A DNA stretch of 64,000 bases from Hypanus sabinus (lineage: Eukaryota), in assembly GCF_030144855.1 (NCBI RefSeq), contig NC_082734.1, forward strand, positions 21,638,001-21,702,000, written 5' to 3'. How positions within the stretch are numbered: position 1 is the stretch's first letter; every line of letters begins with the position of its first letter. A model generated the notes under the pieces. The model was not told the origin of the DNA. It saw nothing but the letters and a program-made list of their open reading frames with translations, and made no database searches. The position numbers and the translations under genes were made by a program. Positions 22,575 through 36,600 of the stretch are shown piece by piece.

Positions 22575-23102
22575 CTGGAGGAGAAATAGAGGTGTCACTG
22601 CAGGTCATCCATTAGAGGGAAGGTGGGGACAGCAGCTCGCGAGCTGGGGTCAAGGGTCCTAGGATGACATCACAGGGTAGGTAGGGGTCGGGGGTCATGT
22701 ACAGATACATGAGGGTAAGGAGGGGAGGATCATAGGGAGGGTCCTAGGCTGGTCAGAGGGTTGTGGGAGGATCAAGGGGAAAGATCGGTGCGCAGGATTA
22801 AAGTGACAAGCCGAGGTGAAAGTGCAAAGGTGCGACACGGCAAGGTCAGGGTGGGGCAGCAGGAGGTCAAAGGGGAAGTGTTAGTGGGGCTGGAGTCAAA
22901 GGTGGAGAAGGAGCAATGGGACTCTGGTCAAGGGACAAGGGTCAGCAGGGCTATCATCAATTCTCTGTGGTTAAGAGGCAAAGGTCAGCTTGATTGGGGT
23001 CAAAGCAGAAGGGTGGGCACGGCCAGGATCACAGGGAAAGAGTGGCTATGTGGGATGGTAGGGAAGAATGGCGGGGCCAGCTCAACACCAGTGCACGGCT
23101 AC

Positions 23103-23218
23103 CTGAAGATTCCAATCTGCCCATAGTTGTTGCCAGCGGCCAGGTACCGACCACAAGGTGAGAAGCTGAGGGAGAAGACGGTCAGATGCAGCAGCTCCAG
23201 CCGGTGCTGAACCTCTGC
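23103..23218 (-). CDS. THOC6: THOC6 exon 2
   Basis: 116 nt, [38 protein letters not shown]. Confidence 0.97.
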
Positions 23219-25898
23219 CTGCAACGGGAGAGAGTCACAGTCATCGATGGGACAGAGCCCAGGGCCAACAGCAGTTAGGCCCAACTGACCCCTGCCGGCC
23301 CATCCAAGCTAATCCTGCACCCGGCCAATAACTCTCTAAATCTTTGCTGTCCATCTCTTAAATGTTGTGAATGTATCGGTCTCAACCAGTTCCTCTGCCA
23401 CCTCAACAGACCACCCTCTGGGTGAAGAAGTACCTAAAAACATAGAAATGTACAGCACATTACTGGCCCTTCGGCCCACAAAATTGTGCTGACCATGTAA
23501 CCTACTCTAGAAACGGCCGAGAATTTCCCTATTGCATAGCCCTCTATTCTTCTAAGCTCCATGTACTTCTTAAAAGTCTCTAGTGTATCCCCTCTCTACC
23601 ACCATCGCTGGCAGTGCATTCCACGCACCCACCAGTCTGTGTGGAAAAACCTTCCTCTGACATCCCCTTTGACCCTACTTCCAAGCACATGAAAACTATG
23701 CCCCCCTGTGTTAGCAATTTCAACCCTGGGAAAAAGCCTCGGGCTATCCACACGATAGCCATCAAGTAATCCATTAGGTTCATGTTAAACTTCTCCCCTT
23801 ATACCTTAAAACCGTGCACTCTAGTTTTAGACCCCCTTACCCTGCGAGGCACAGACATAACCACCCAACTTATTTACATCTCTAGAGAGCAAGCGAGGGA
23901 TAAAGAGGGAGACGGAGAGAGGGGGGAGGGTAGAGGGAGAGGGACAGATTTTTGAACAGACAACTCAGATGCTAAATTCAGAGATTTGAACTCACAATCT
24001 ACCTTGTTATGGCCTTACACCATATTTTCTGCCTTCACTGCACTTTCTCTGAAACCGTAACATTTTATTCTGCATTCTGTTATTGCCTTTTCCTCGTACA
24101 ACCTTGATGCACTGATTGTGATGAAATGATTTGCATGGATGGCACGTGGGACAAGACTTTCACTGTACCACAGTACATGTGACAATGGTAAACCAATTTA
24201 CCAAATCCAATTGCAATATCTGATGCTGCTGCAGGTAAGTTTTTCACTGCACATGTACATACATATACTTGCATGCGTGACAGTAAACTCTTTAATGATG
24301 ACCTTCCCAAGATCAGCTGCCAGGAATTAAGGGACCTGGCTTCGGAGACAGTGGAGCCATTGGCTGAAGTCTTGTCTTTAAGTCTCACCAAGTTCTGGGT
24401 TGAAAACTGTAAGGGCGATCCTGTCATTCACTGCAATTTCTCTGTGGCTGTGACCCTTTATTCTGGATTCTATTAGTTTTATCTGATCCTACCTTAATGA
24501 ACTGTGTAATGAATTGATCTGTTTGAACAGTAAGCAAGACAATAATAAACCAATTCTAGCCTCTACCCCTCCCTTTCCAATACTGACAAAGGGTCTTGGC
24601 CCAAAACATTGACTGTTTATTCTCATCCATAAATGTGGCCTGACCTGTTGATTTCCTCCAGCATTTTGTGTGTGTTACCCAATTCACCATACTATGCCTC
24701 TTAGACAAACCTCCCTCAGCCTCCAGCAATCCAGGGAAATCAGTCCCAGCCTCTCCAAACTCACCCCAGATCTAAACCCCTCCAAATCCATTTAATGGGA
24801 CAGTAAGTCTCCTCGGCCCTCACCAGTGCAATCCTTCCTGTAGCATGCTGGCCAATGTAAGATCAAAAGAGGCTTTAGAGAATTGTAGGTTCAGCCAGTT
24901 CTATCACAGGCTCAACCTTCCCCACTATTGATAATTTAAAGAGATGATGCCTCAAGAAGGCAGCATCCATCGTTTTGGACCCTCTCCACCACAGACAAGC
25001 CCTCGTCTTGTTACGGCCACACAGGGAGGAGGTACAGGAGCCTGAAGGTGCACAAAACATTTTAGGAACAGCTCTTCCCCCTCTGCCATCAGATTTCTGA
25101 ACGGTCCAGGAACACTACCTGTGTATTCCTCTTCTGCAATTCTTTCATAACACTTAATAATTTATATGTCTTGCACTGTACTGCTGCCACAGAACAACAA
25201 ATTTCACAACATATGTGGCTGATAATAAACCTGATTCTAATGTGCCAGTCTTGTTGCCAATTCATGCTAAATATCCTTTTCTCTATATCATCCCTATCCT
25301 TTCATTCCCTTCAGACTGGGGCAGTCTTGGGCGATGTAAAAGATTAGGCAAATACGGGCAGGGAAATAGCAGATAAATTTTAAGATTCTGCACTTTGGGA
25401 GGTCAGCGTAAGGTGATAGTAAAAAGCCATCGTAGAACCCTTAAGAGTGTTGTTGTGCAAAGGAATCCAAGTCCACAGCTCTCTGAAAGTGGATCGGGTG
25501 GTAACGAAGGCATGCAGCACGCTTCCCTTTATAATTTGACGCACTGAGTTCATGAGTTTGGAAATTTACACAGCTTTTCAAAACTCGGGTTCAATCCGCT
25601 AACCGCTCCGTTACTCGTAACGCCCGGACCCTTAACTTCCTCCAGGCCATCACCAGCATCCCCGACCCCAATCACCGCTCAGCCCCCTTCGTTACCCCGG
25701 TTCCCCCGATGTCCCCGACCACTAAGTGCCAGACCCCCATTACCTCTCAGCCCTGAGCCTCTCGTACCCCCGACACCATCCTCATTTCCCCGACTCTCCT
25801 GCCCCTTCTCATTGTCCCAGAACCTCCCGTTACCCCCGATCCTGGTCACCCTTTTGCCCCTTGTCCGCTCCCCAGACCCGGACACCTACAACATTTAC

Positions 25899-25910
25899 CA
25901 CGGCCGCCAT
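25899..25910 (-). CDS. THOC6: THOC6 exon 1 coding part (MAAV)
   Basis: gtgATGGCGGCCGTG|gtaaat, phase 0 matching exon 2; in CpG island; gives a 996-nt CDS (331 aa). Confidence 0.75.
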
Positions 25911-26459
25911 CACCGGAGCGCATGCGCGCCGCCGCTCTCCGCTCGAACCGGCGCCCGGCATCAAAAAGAAGCCAAACAATTTCCTCTAGTTTAAAGATTT
26001 TAAAAAAATACTTGTTGGCCGAATTCAGAACCTGAAAACGTGTGTAAAATAAAACAATTATCGCCTGCGGAGAGCGGCTGGTCCCTGCGGAGCATTCTGG
26101 GAGTGCAGACTCCTTTCACTTCGAAGCGTAGAAATAACAGAACAAACGATATTCCTTCAACACTTGTCACAATAAAGTTTCTGTGCCGAGTCGGGGCAAA
26201 AAATATCATCTTTTTTACCCGGAGGTTGAGGGGGTAAAGAGAGCGGAGAAAACGCCTTTGGTTGCTATGGCGAGGCGGCGGCGCCCTCTGAACCCGGCTA
26301 GTTGATGACGATGCACGCTGGGGAATGTAGTCCATCACGGGTCAGGCGTCGCTAACCGCGGTGATGACGCTATAAGTCGGACTACATCTCCCGGCATTTA
26401 GGGTCCTGCGCCGCTCGCGTGAGAGGGGACCATCTTGGAATCCAGCTGAAGGAGCTGCG
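25911..26459. promoter_or_regulatory. Bidirectional CpG-island promoter THOC6 / MMGT1
   Basis: NRF1-type palindrome GCGCATGCGC 25918-25927; ZNF143/ACTACA-type motifs 26092-26108(-), 26312-26332(-), 26381-26398(+); RFX X-box-like GTTGCTATGGCGA 26261-26273; donor GCG|GTGAGT at 26460 ends a non-coding MMGT1 first exon. Confidence 0.8.
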
Positions 26460-27155
26460 GTGAGTGAGGAGGGGGAAGAGGGAGGTTGGGGTCGGGAGTT
26501 GGAAAGGAGGGGAACTGGGGTGGGTGAGCGGGTGTCATAAGACGGATAAGTACGGGGAGAGGTGGGAGGAGACGTGGAAAGGGGCTGTTGTATCGGGGGA
26601 GTGAGGAAAGGGATTGGGTTTAGGGTTGAGAGGTCTCTGTTCCTAAGGGTGGATAGAGGGTGGAAGTAAAGGTCGGGGATGGGAGAGCAGATGGACAGGA
26701 TGTGTGGTGTTCCTGATGGAGGATGGAGGGAAATGCAGAGATGGACATAATGGTTGGGAATTTTCCAGTGGTGGTGATGGTGTTGGTGGAGGATGGAAGG
26801 AGAAGAGCGTATAGATGGAGGGTGGGACTTTCCCAGGGGTAGGGACGAAGTGAGGGAAGGTGGAGGAGGAGGGAGCATGCAGATAAATAAGATTGACTGT
26901 GCAACTTCCTGGTCCAGGGAGGGAGTGTGAGGATAGAGGGATGGGAACTTAGAAGTGGACAGGACAGGGGGTGGCACTTTGCATGCTGAGTGGACATACA
27001 AAGGGAAGGAGGAAGAAGGGACAGGAATTTACAATTGAACAAGAGGGATGGAAGGGTTTCTCGGTGAGAGTGAGGTGGGGTATTCTCTAATGGGATGGGT
27101 TGTGACTTGTTGCCTCTTTTATTCTGCACCCCTAGAGTGCCCCTGTTGGGAGAAA

Positions 27156-27234
27156 ATGGCATCGGCAGTATGGAAGGGGCTGGTGGGGATGGGGCTCTTC
27201 GCCCTGGCACATGCCGCCTTCTCTGCGGCTCAGC
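27156..27234 (+). CDS. MMGT1: MMGT1/EMC5 coding exon 1
   Basis: 79 nt, [26 protein letters not shown](H); acceptor at 27134-27135, gtgagt donor. Confidence 0.95.
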
Positions 27235-27693
27235 GTGAGTATGGGATGGGGGGAGTTGAGGGGAGGATGTGGGAAAGGGGGGTCGTTTGGACAGGAATGG
27301 TATGGAGGGAGTGGCAGGAGAGGTCGTGCCCCAGGGGAGGGGGAGGGAGGGTCCAGGATGGGGAGAGGGGTGAGTAATAAGAGATTTTGCAGGGTGGGTG
27401 TGGAGTGAAATGAGGATGCCCAAGTTGCAGTCTCAGTGAGTAGAGGTGGAATTAAGGGGTGTATGCAGATGAGGTGTTGGTGGGGAGGCGTAGGAGGATG
27501 GGATCTTGGAATGTGAAGAGAGAGGTACCCTGGGGGAGGGGAAATGGGGTGAATGCGTAGGGCCCTCTTACTCCCTGATATCTCCCGTGTTTCTTATCTC
27601 CTCCCCAAGGACCTCTCTCGCCTCTCAGCCGAAGCACTTGCCTGCATTGTTGTTCTTAGCAGATCTAACTCAGTCCCTCACTTCTCTTCCCAG

Positions 27694-27746
27694 ATCGATC
27701 GTACATGAGGTTGACTGAGAAGGAGAATGAGACGCTTCCTGTAGAT
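27694..27746 (+). CDS. MMGT1: MMGT1 coding exon 2
   Basis: 53 nt, (H)RSYMRLTEKENETLPVD. Confidence 0.96.
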
Positions 27747-28729
27747 GTGAGTACTGAGAGGGTGGAGGGAGGGAGGAGGAAGTGATGTGGTGTCTCAGTC
27801 CAGAGAGAAGGTGCGCTCGGCCTCAAACAACATGAGCACATCTCTCCCAACCATCGGTAGTACCCACAAGAGGCGTTGCCTTAAGAAGGCAACATCCATC
27901 ATCAATGATCCCCACCGTCTGGCCTGTACCATCTTTTCACATCTCCCATTGAGCAGGCGGAACAGAAGCCTGAAGTCCCACACTACCAGGTTCAGGAACA
28001 GTAACTTCCCTTCAACCGTCAGATTCTTGAACCGATCGACACAACCTTCATCACCTCTTACACGACCACATTTTTTTGATTATGTCTTTGCTTCTACACT
28101 AAAGTTCCACCTTGCACAGTCTCTTTCCCTCCTTGCCTTGTAAAATATAAGTACAGTTAACATTCAATAATTCAGGTGTTGTCTGTATCTTTGATTTGGA
28201 CTTGGAGGGTAAGATGGCGCTACTGAAGTTGTGCGACTGTTCATTAGTAGTTCAGATGGCAAGAAATGATGACTAAAACTATTACTAATAACACCTTTTC
28301 TGAGGTAAATTGTGGTAAACTATCAATACAGACCATGGAGAAGCAAGTGGAGGCGAAGCTGGTTCGTAGAATGAGCCATACTGGTGCATTGCAAAGCTGA
28401 AGCAGGCAGAGTTGGTATCGTGGTTGGAGATAGAGCTGGAGTGAGTGATTTGGAGAAGAGTCGATGCAGAAGAGTTTTGATGCCTGTCTGCCTCACCTAG
28501 GTGTGAGGTTGATTTGCTCCAAGTGCAGAGCTGATAGGGTGAGATCGAGACCTTGCCCTTAATAATGTATTGTCTCCCTCACACTTACCTGGGTTAAACT
28601 GCATCTGCCACTTCTCTGCCCATATCGACAACTGATATATTGAGCTGTATTCTTTGCCAGTCTTTTACACAGTCTACAACTCCACCAATCTTGGTATCAT
28701 CCACAAACTTACTAACCCACCCATCTTAA

Positions 28730-31700
28730 GTTGCAGGAAGAAATTGCAGCACAACTGGCCAAAGTTAAAATGCAAAGGGCTTCCAGTGAGGTGGGTGCTA
28801 CATTGTTGGCAAGGCTCCAGCAGGACAGTCCCAAAGTGTGAGTTCCTGTATTGATAAAACATGGAGAAAACCAACGTGCTCAGTGGCAGTGTTGATTCAT
28901 TTGTTCCACAAGTGTCTGTGAAACACGAGTTAGTGCCCAAGGGGTAGTTCAAGGTGTTCACTCTCAGCCTGCACTAAGGAAGCACTCTGAACCGATATCT
29001 TATCCTACTGCTCAATCTGCTCATGGGAACATTAACTTGCTGCATGGAAACACTTGTTTTAGTTGATAGAGGTCTGAATGGTACTGTGGAGGCTATCAGG
29101 ATGCAAAAATTAAACGCAGTGCATCTCTGCCTAAAGAAGAGATTCAAATCTTCGATGACGATCCATTGCAGTATCATGCATTCATGAAGGCTTTTAAAAA
29201 TAGTGTTGAAGGCGAGACTGGTAACTATGGTGACCACTTCTATTTCCATGAACAGTACATTGGAGGTCACCCCAGAGGGCTTGTCAGAATTTGCCAGCAT
29301 GTTGACCCTAAGGAAGGAAATCTAAAGGCCAAGGTTTTACTACAGAACATTTTGGTAATAAACAGAAAACTTCAGCAGCCTACATGCAAAAGGCCACCTG
29401 CTTTCTTGGCCACCTATCAAATCTGAAGATGTGAAAGCTCTTCAAGATTTACAGTTTTTTTCTTAATGGCTGTTGTAATGCCATGAGAGAAACACAGCAC
29501 ATGCAAGAACTGGATGTGCCTGCCAATGGGGATCTGTAGAGAAGAGTGGTCTGTAAACTGCAAGCTAAGCACAACCATGTGGCTATTTTTGCCAACTTTG
29601 TTGATTTTACTGAAAAAACAAATAAAGATGACTACATACCTGGTGTTTGAGAGTATACAGGGTGCTACATCACCTGCAATAAGCAAAGGTGTGAAAGAAA
29701 CTAAGTGACAATTATGTTCTAAGACCAAAGGAAGCAGCCTTGCCAGTACTGTGGCCACTGTGAGAAGTAAAGCTAAAACTGAACCTGGAACTAGTGGAAG
29801 GGAAATGTTATCATCATCCAAAAGCATTTGTCTGTTCTGTGAGGGGGACCACACATTGGATTCATGCCCTCAGTTGGAGAAAAGGGCTCCTGGTGAGAGG
29901 ACTGACTTCCTAAAGGAAAATGGTGTCTGCTTTGGCTGTTTGTGTGCAGGGCACCTCGGCAAGGATTGTAAGAAGCATCTTTCATGCGAGGCATGCTGCA
30001 TATTTCATATTAGCGCTGATGAGAAGGGTGCAGATTCGAAACAAGTCGTGAAAGAATCAGACACAGCAGTGAGTAATGCCCTGGTGTCTAATGTCCTTAT
30101 GGGTGCTGGCGATCATGATTGTAAACTTCCCCTAATTCCTGTACAGGCGAAGTCTAAGAAGGTAACAAGTCAGTGGTTAGTTAAGGAAGTACAGTGGTGT
30201 ACTGCACAGAGCCTAATGTTAGCTCAACCTAACAGGAAAAAGGGCACGCATTCTCCTGTGCATCATAGACCAAGAGAAGGTCATGAGTAGCTACAGTTTA
30301 TCGCTTCAGGATTGGAAGTGGCTGGCTCAGACAGTGAAAACCATCATGAACTGCCTAACATCTACATGCAGGAAAGAAGGCCTGTCCTGAAAGGGAATAT
30401 TCCTCATCGGTGGAATCACCAGGAATGGTCTCGCCTGAAACGTGTCTGCTTGCTGGAGACTGATTCAGAAATTGAGTTGCTGATAGGGACAGATGTGCCT
30501 AAAGCAGAGGAGCCGTTTCAAGTGGTTCACAGTGCTAATGATGGTCCCTATGCAATCAGGACAATGTTGGGTTGGACTGTGATTGGACCACTGAAAGGTG
30601 ACTTTGGTGGTGGAAGAGCCTGTGCTCAGCCTGGACTGATGGTGAATAGGATCTCAGTGTTGAACTTGAATTAGCTTTGGTAGCAACAGTTCAAGGCAAA
30701 CTTCCCTGAATTCAGTAAGGTTGAACAACCTGGTTTGTCAAGCAAAAACCACGTTCACCGAGTTGGTTGCAAATTCTGTAAAATTTGTAGATGTTAATGT
30801 GCCTAATAATGGGAAGATTGCTAAACAGTGTGTTCTAAATTTAAGAAGGGTCACGATAGTACTGGATGTGGAATGGTGCATTCAGTCTGATACTTTCAAG
30901 TTTAAGATCACAATCCAAGATGGACCACTTACCAGAAGAAGAATCCTCCCCATAGTTCCTTCTATAATCCCTTAGGAATCTTGAGTCCACTGGTGTTATC
31001 TACTAAGAAGATCCTACAAGATCTATGAAGAAAGGGCTTGGCTAGGATGATGCTATACTAACATCAGTTGCTCATGAGTGGAAAAAGCTGGTTGAGAGAA
31101 CTGGAAGACTTTTAATGTTTTAGATATTTGAAATTATTGGATTTTGGAGAAGTTACTGCTGCAAGCAAAGATGGCTAAGGAGCAGTGACCTACGTATTGT
31201 TGTGCGGCACGTGTTCTCAGCTGCACAGTGCTTTTATCGTGGGGGAATCTAGGATGACTCCATTGAAGTCAGTTTCCATCCCTCGTATGGAGCTCACTCT
31301 GCTATGGCGGCAAGCATTATGAACACATTGTGGAGGAAGGAGTTGCACCTGCAGCTTCAGGACTCAGTTTTTCAAACTGATAGTACTTCTGTGCTGAAGT
31401 ATATCAAGAATGAAACTTTCGGGTTCCGAACCCTCGTTGCTAATAGTGTTTCAGAAATTCTCAAGGTTTCACAAACATCTAATGGAGGTATGTCAACACT
31501 TCAAGTAACCCTGCAGATGTGGTCTCTAGAGAGTTGAAGGTGAAGGCTTTTCTGAAGAATAAGAGTAGGGTGTCAGGACCTCAGTATCTTCTTCAGCATG
31601 AAAACTAATGACCTGTGAATCCTGATTGTTCCGGAGAACTTCTGTTAGATAATTCAGAACTCTAGTGGATTGTTACAATGAATATTACACAGATTGAATT

Positions 31701-33610
31701 TGAGGTAGATGTGGTAACATATATAATCCATCATTTCTCATCTTGGACCTGTTTGAGGAAGACAGTAGTCTGGATTCTTAGATTTAAGAGACTGCACTTG
31801 TTTCTTAGTTGGAAGAGGAAGCAATTGAATAATGTTGTTGCTCAGTCTGCCTTGAATGAAGAACAACAAGGCTATTCTTTTGGGAGAGAGACTGAGAAGG
31901 CTAAGGGTCAGATTGGCTGAGATTGTTTCTCCATGGAGGAGCTCAGAAAGGCTGAAATGGAGATCGTTGGCTTTTTGCTCAAGAAAGGCATTTGCACAAG
32001 AATTCTCGAGCTTGAATAGGGGAAGAAAGTGTGAATAGGAGCAATCCTATTTTCAAGCTCAATCCAATACTTGAAGATGGTGTCTTGAGAGTTGGTGGAC
32101 AGTTTAGTGAGGCAGCTATGCTTGAAGGGACTAGACATCCTGTTATACTGGCAAAGGATCTTCCTAAGTCAGATCTCATTCTGAGGCATGTACATAAAGA
32201 GCTGGAACACGGTGGCCTTAACCACATGTTATACAGGTTGCGCCAAAAACATCATATCTCCAGTGTTAGTACAGTTATAAGAAGAATACTGACTAAGTGT
32301 GTTGTGTGTCGACAGTTGCACACAGCTCCAGGAGGCCAGCAAGTGGCGGATCTTCTTCTGGGCAGGGTCTCTCAAAATGAACCTCCCTTTACGCGTGGAT
32401 TACTTTGGACATGTTGAGGTGAAGAGCAGGAGTACAGTGAAGAGATATGAGGTCATATTTACCTGTCTAGCTATACCAGCTATTCACATTAAAGCGGCAT
32501 CTTCTTTAGACACAAATTTCTTTGTTGATGCACTTCCATGTTTTATAGCAAGCCAAGGACAGGTTCATGAACTGTGCTCTGATTATGTGACAAACTTTGT
32601 TGGAGCTGAGCGTGAGTTCAGAGAAGCCACTGAGAAGTGGAATCTTTCACAGAAGATCACTGATGTCCATCAGAAAGAAATTAAGTGAATTTTAAAACCC
32701 CTCCCCCCCCCCCCCCCCAGGAGCTGGTTCACATCATGGAGGAACATAGGAGAGATTGATCAGGTCTGTAAGAAAGGTTCTCAATTCTACCACGAAGGTA
32801 CAGAATCTTGACAGAGCTGTCCACACTCCTTTGCAAAGCAGAAGCTATTATCAAGGATTGTCCAATTACTAAGGCATCCTCCAATTCCAATGATTTGGAA
32901 GCATTAACACCCAACCATCTTTTGCTTCTGAAGATCTCCCCATCCTTACCAGCAGGAGGGTTCCAAAAGGAAGATGTATATGCACGTCATAGATGGAAAC
33001 AAGTCTAATACATGTCAAACTTGTTTTCAAAACAGTGGGTCAAAGAGTATTTACCACAGCTACAGGAATGTCAGATATGATAGGGTATAAGACACAATTT
33101 CCTCCCAGGAGATATTGTGCTTGTAGTTGACGACACAATGCCTCCAAACTCATGGATCAATAAGAGTCACTTCAAGTCTTTCCAAAGAGAAGACTATTTG
33201 TGCAACAGGTACACATCTTCTGTCTTCCACAAGAGAGGTTTGTGTAACTGCAGCTCTAGAAGCTTCAAGATTTTGACTTGACAGAGGGTAGTGGTAAAGA
33301 TTACTTTGTACTGGGCTTAAGTGTTGGTAACCTCTGGCTTACATGACTAGTGCTTTACTCGTCTGAAAGAAGGGGTATTTGTATGGATGTTAAGATTTCA
33401 TGTCTCCTATTTTTTTAGTAGTATGTAGTTGTAATTATAGTATTTAATTAAGTAAATAATATAGTTGTAATTAAGAGCTGGAATGAAGGAACCATGTATA
33501 TATTTTCTGTCTATTATATTTGTTGCATGTTTATTATGGATAATTTGTCATGTGGATAGGGGTGTGGTAGAAGTGAAGAGTGTAGTTACGTATTCATGCT
33601 CTGGAGAAAG
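28730..33610 (+). mobile_element. BEL/Pao LTR retrotransposon, degenerate, with left part of 3' LTR
   Basis: Gag zinc knuckles CLFCEGDHTLDSC and CFGCLCAGHLGKDC; ELLIGTD and LGWTVIGP; RNase H FQTDSTSVL; integrase H..H..CVVC, VDYFG, CSDYVTNFVGA, LTPNHLLL. PPT-like tract then TG at 33484. No 5' LTR recognised. Confidence 0.9.
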
Positions 33611-36600
33611 TGTTGTAATGTGCACAAAGTCATCTGAGAGATGCAGCCCATAGATATAAAGTCTTTTATTCAACAAAATGAGACACAGCAGACATACTGA
33701 GAATCTTTCAGAGGAAGAGCCTGCTCGACCTAGTATTACATGACATTTATATGCTAAAGATCAAAGGACAGTTGTATGTTTATAATGTATCTACAATACT
33801 TCCTCTGAATTACAATAGACAATAGGTGCAGAAGTAGACCATTCAGCCCCTCGAGTCTGCACATTACATATACATAAAATTACATATAATTTTCACACCT
33901 CCTTCTTTGCATCCACACTCCAGACACTCAAAGTGAATGTCAATCAACATGATCTGGTTTTTCCACTTAACTGCTGTTCACAGCTCTAGGAACCTATTGT
34001 TCAGAGCTGCATTTTAAATTTAATCTATAGTCTGTGTCCAGGTCTAAAGTTAATATTTTGCTATACACCCTAATTACAGAATATGCCCTAACAGTCCCCC
34101 CTCTTGGTGTTCCTGGATAAAAATAAATTTGTACCAGGAAAGGCCAATCTTAAAGAGTATCTGTTCAAATAGAGCAGCAGAAATGCCCTGCTTTTGAACA
34201 TCTCCCAATTACTCTATATGCAACTACACTTACGCTATCATCCCTACTGGCTACCTACAAGATGTCCCAGAAATTTGACCAACAGTCTTTAAAAACGCAG
34301 CTTTGTCATTTGTAAGGCTGTTGCCTCCTTCCCTGTTGGTCATTTACAGTTTAATCATATTCTTTATCTTCACTCTTCTGTGGTCCTATCCATCTGGGAG
34401 CAAACCCCGCTTTTTCAGGTAGCACTCTCACCATGACTTGGTCACCCGGCTGTGGGAGGACTATCTCCTTTCCCTCCAGCTCTCTCTGATCGGCAATGTG
34501 CTGCTGCTGTTTTGCTCAGTCATTCAGCACTTTACATAGGTTCATCATACCTTCATGTAATCTTACTAAATTGGCAGTTGTAGTTTCTTCTTGCCCTCCT
34601 CGCACTGATGTCTGCCAACTCGTTCCCCTTCTGGTGAGCCTTTAATCGCTGCTACCTCCTCAAATAGCTGCACTACTTCGAACAGCTCCTGGCTGTGTTT
34701 GGCCCCTCCCCTTGGGACCTCCTAGCATGATTCCCACACATGGCCCTGACTCTCCTCCCCGCTCGGGGCTGCTGTCTCTCATGTTAGCTGTTTTGTAAGT
34801 CACACATGTTCACTGCCCCTATATTGTCCATGTTATTTCTCCCTTTCTTGAGTCTATGATAGTACTTGCCTTAGTCATTCTGTCTATCCCCAGGATAGTA
34901 CCTTCATTGTTTGGGCACACCCAGAAATCTAAAGGAAGCTGAACTCCATCAACATCAAGTACCTGGGGCTGACTTCTGTCTGCCCTCATTGTTTCACCTC
35001 TTGCACTGGTAATGTAAATCTCCTCTCCAGTCATGGGTAAGGGTAGGTCAATTATCAATACCAATGATCCCTTGTCCAATGACATTTCACATTGCCGGCC
35101 CCCAAATAAACCTCTTGTATACTTGCATGGATGGCCACCACTAGCAATAGAGGTTTGCCTGACCTCAGCAGCTCTATAATCTGGTCAGCAGCCAAATCGG
35201 AGAGGGCACTGCTCCAGACTCTGCCTGCTTTGGTGAGCGATTTTCACACTTCCCTTCTTTCTCAGAGCACTGCCTCCTACCATGGCCTGAGAGGCAACAA
35301 GTCATCTCCTTTACCGTCCCACATCTGTTCTAGGCATTCCTTGCTATGTGCCTCAGCTGCTGGCACACAAACAAGTTCTCTGTGATGTCATGGCAGCTAC
35401 ATTCACTACAGCCCCTTTACGACTCCTCTTACCCCTCCTCTGGTCTGTCTCACCAGCCCATAGCACTGTTGCAGAGTAGGTCAATCCCACTGCTATCCCC
35501 AAATCTAAAAACTCCTGCTGGCCTGAGCTCAGGCTTTCTTTCAGCATTTCAGGAAGACTAAGTCATCCCTCCCTGGATTATCCATCCCTAAATACTTCTC
35601 ATACGCTCAATATTTATGTTCTGCATAATCCGTGGCTGGCTCATCAGCTCTGTGAACCACTGACATTATCGTTCCCCAGTTACTCTCACCTCCCCCAGTC
35701 GCTGCCTCGCTTCCGTTCAAGGCTTTTCATTGCTGGCATTCTCAGATGTTACCATGTAACATCCTGCACTCCCGGGCCGTAATTCATCAAGTATTTTGGT
35801 GAAAATCTATCTTTGGGGTGCATCTGGTGAACTTAAACTATTTCCTAGAGTATTCACAATTTCCACATGATTTTTTTTTTTGAAGTGAGGGCAACCCTGA
35901 CAAAATGCTCTGCTTCTTCTTGGGGTGAAGGGCTTATGGATGGTCATAATCAAGGTCAGGGGATGGCTCAGGTCATCAGGGTTCTCAACCTGATGTTGCC
36001 TGACCTCAACAGGTGCCATCCTAATAGATGTATCCGGGTAAAACCTCTCCCTGAATTAACTCCACACTAAATCCCACGCTACGTAAAATATAAATGATGG
36101 ATACACATTAAACAGTGCATACTTAAAACCACAAAGTATGTACTCTGCAATCTACCACTTGTGTGCTTCTGAATGCATAATACCTGTTGTATCTCTTTGC
36201 ATTTAAGACTTTTACACCAAGGTTAACTGTTACAGACATTGTTAAAACACGCAGACACACACAAACGTGTCTACCACAATAAGGTTACGGGAACAAGTAT
36301 ACACTCCCCTACTCTGGCATCCTGAACCATCAGTAACCACCCTTCACAGCTGGTGGCCCTATCTCACCAAATTAACACAAGTGTTTATGTAACATAAACA
36401 CACATGCATGCACCTACACCACTTTACTTTTAGAGCTACCAGTTCAGCCCTCTTCGCGATCCCGTAGCCACCTACCTGAACAGGTCCAAGTATGAGTGTT
36501 AATTTTAAAAATACTCACTCACTTTGACTGCTGATGTCGATGGCCATATGATGAGTCACAAGGGCATCCCAGACGAGGCCCCAAATGTTCTCATGTGGAC

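Noticed and set aside
26342-27423. 219-aa and 267-aa minus-strand ORFs
   Set aside because: Pro/Ser-rich translations antisense to the purine-rich MMGT1 first intron; compositional artefacts.
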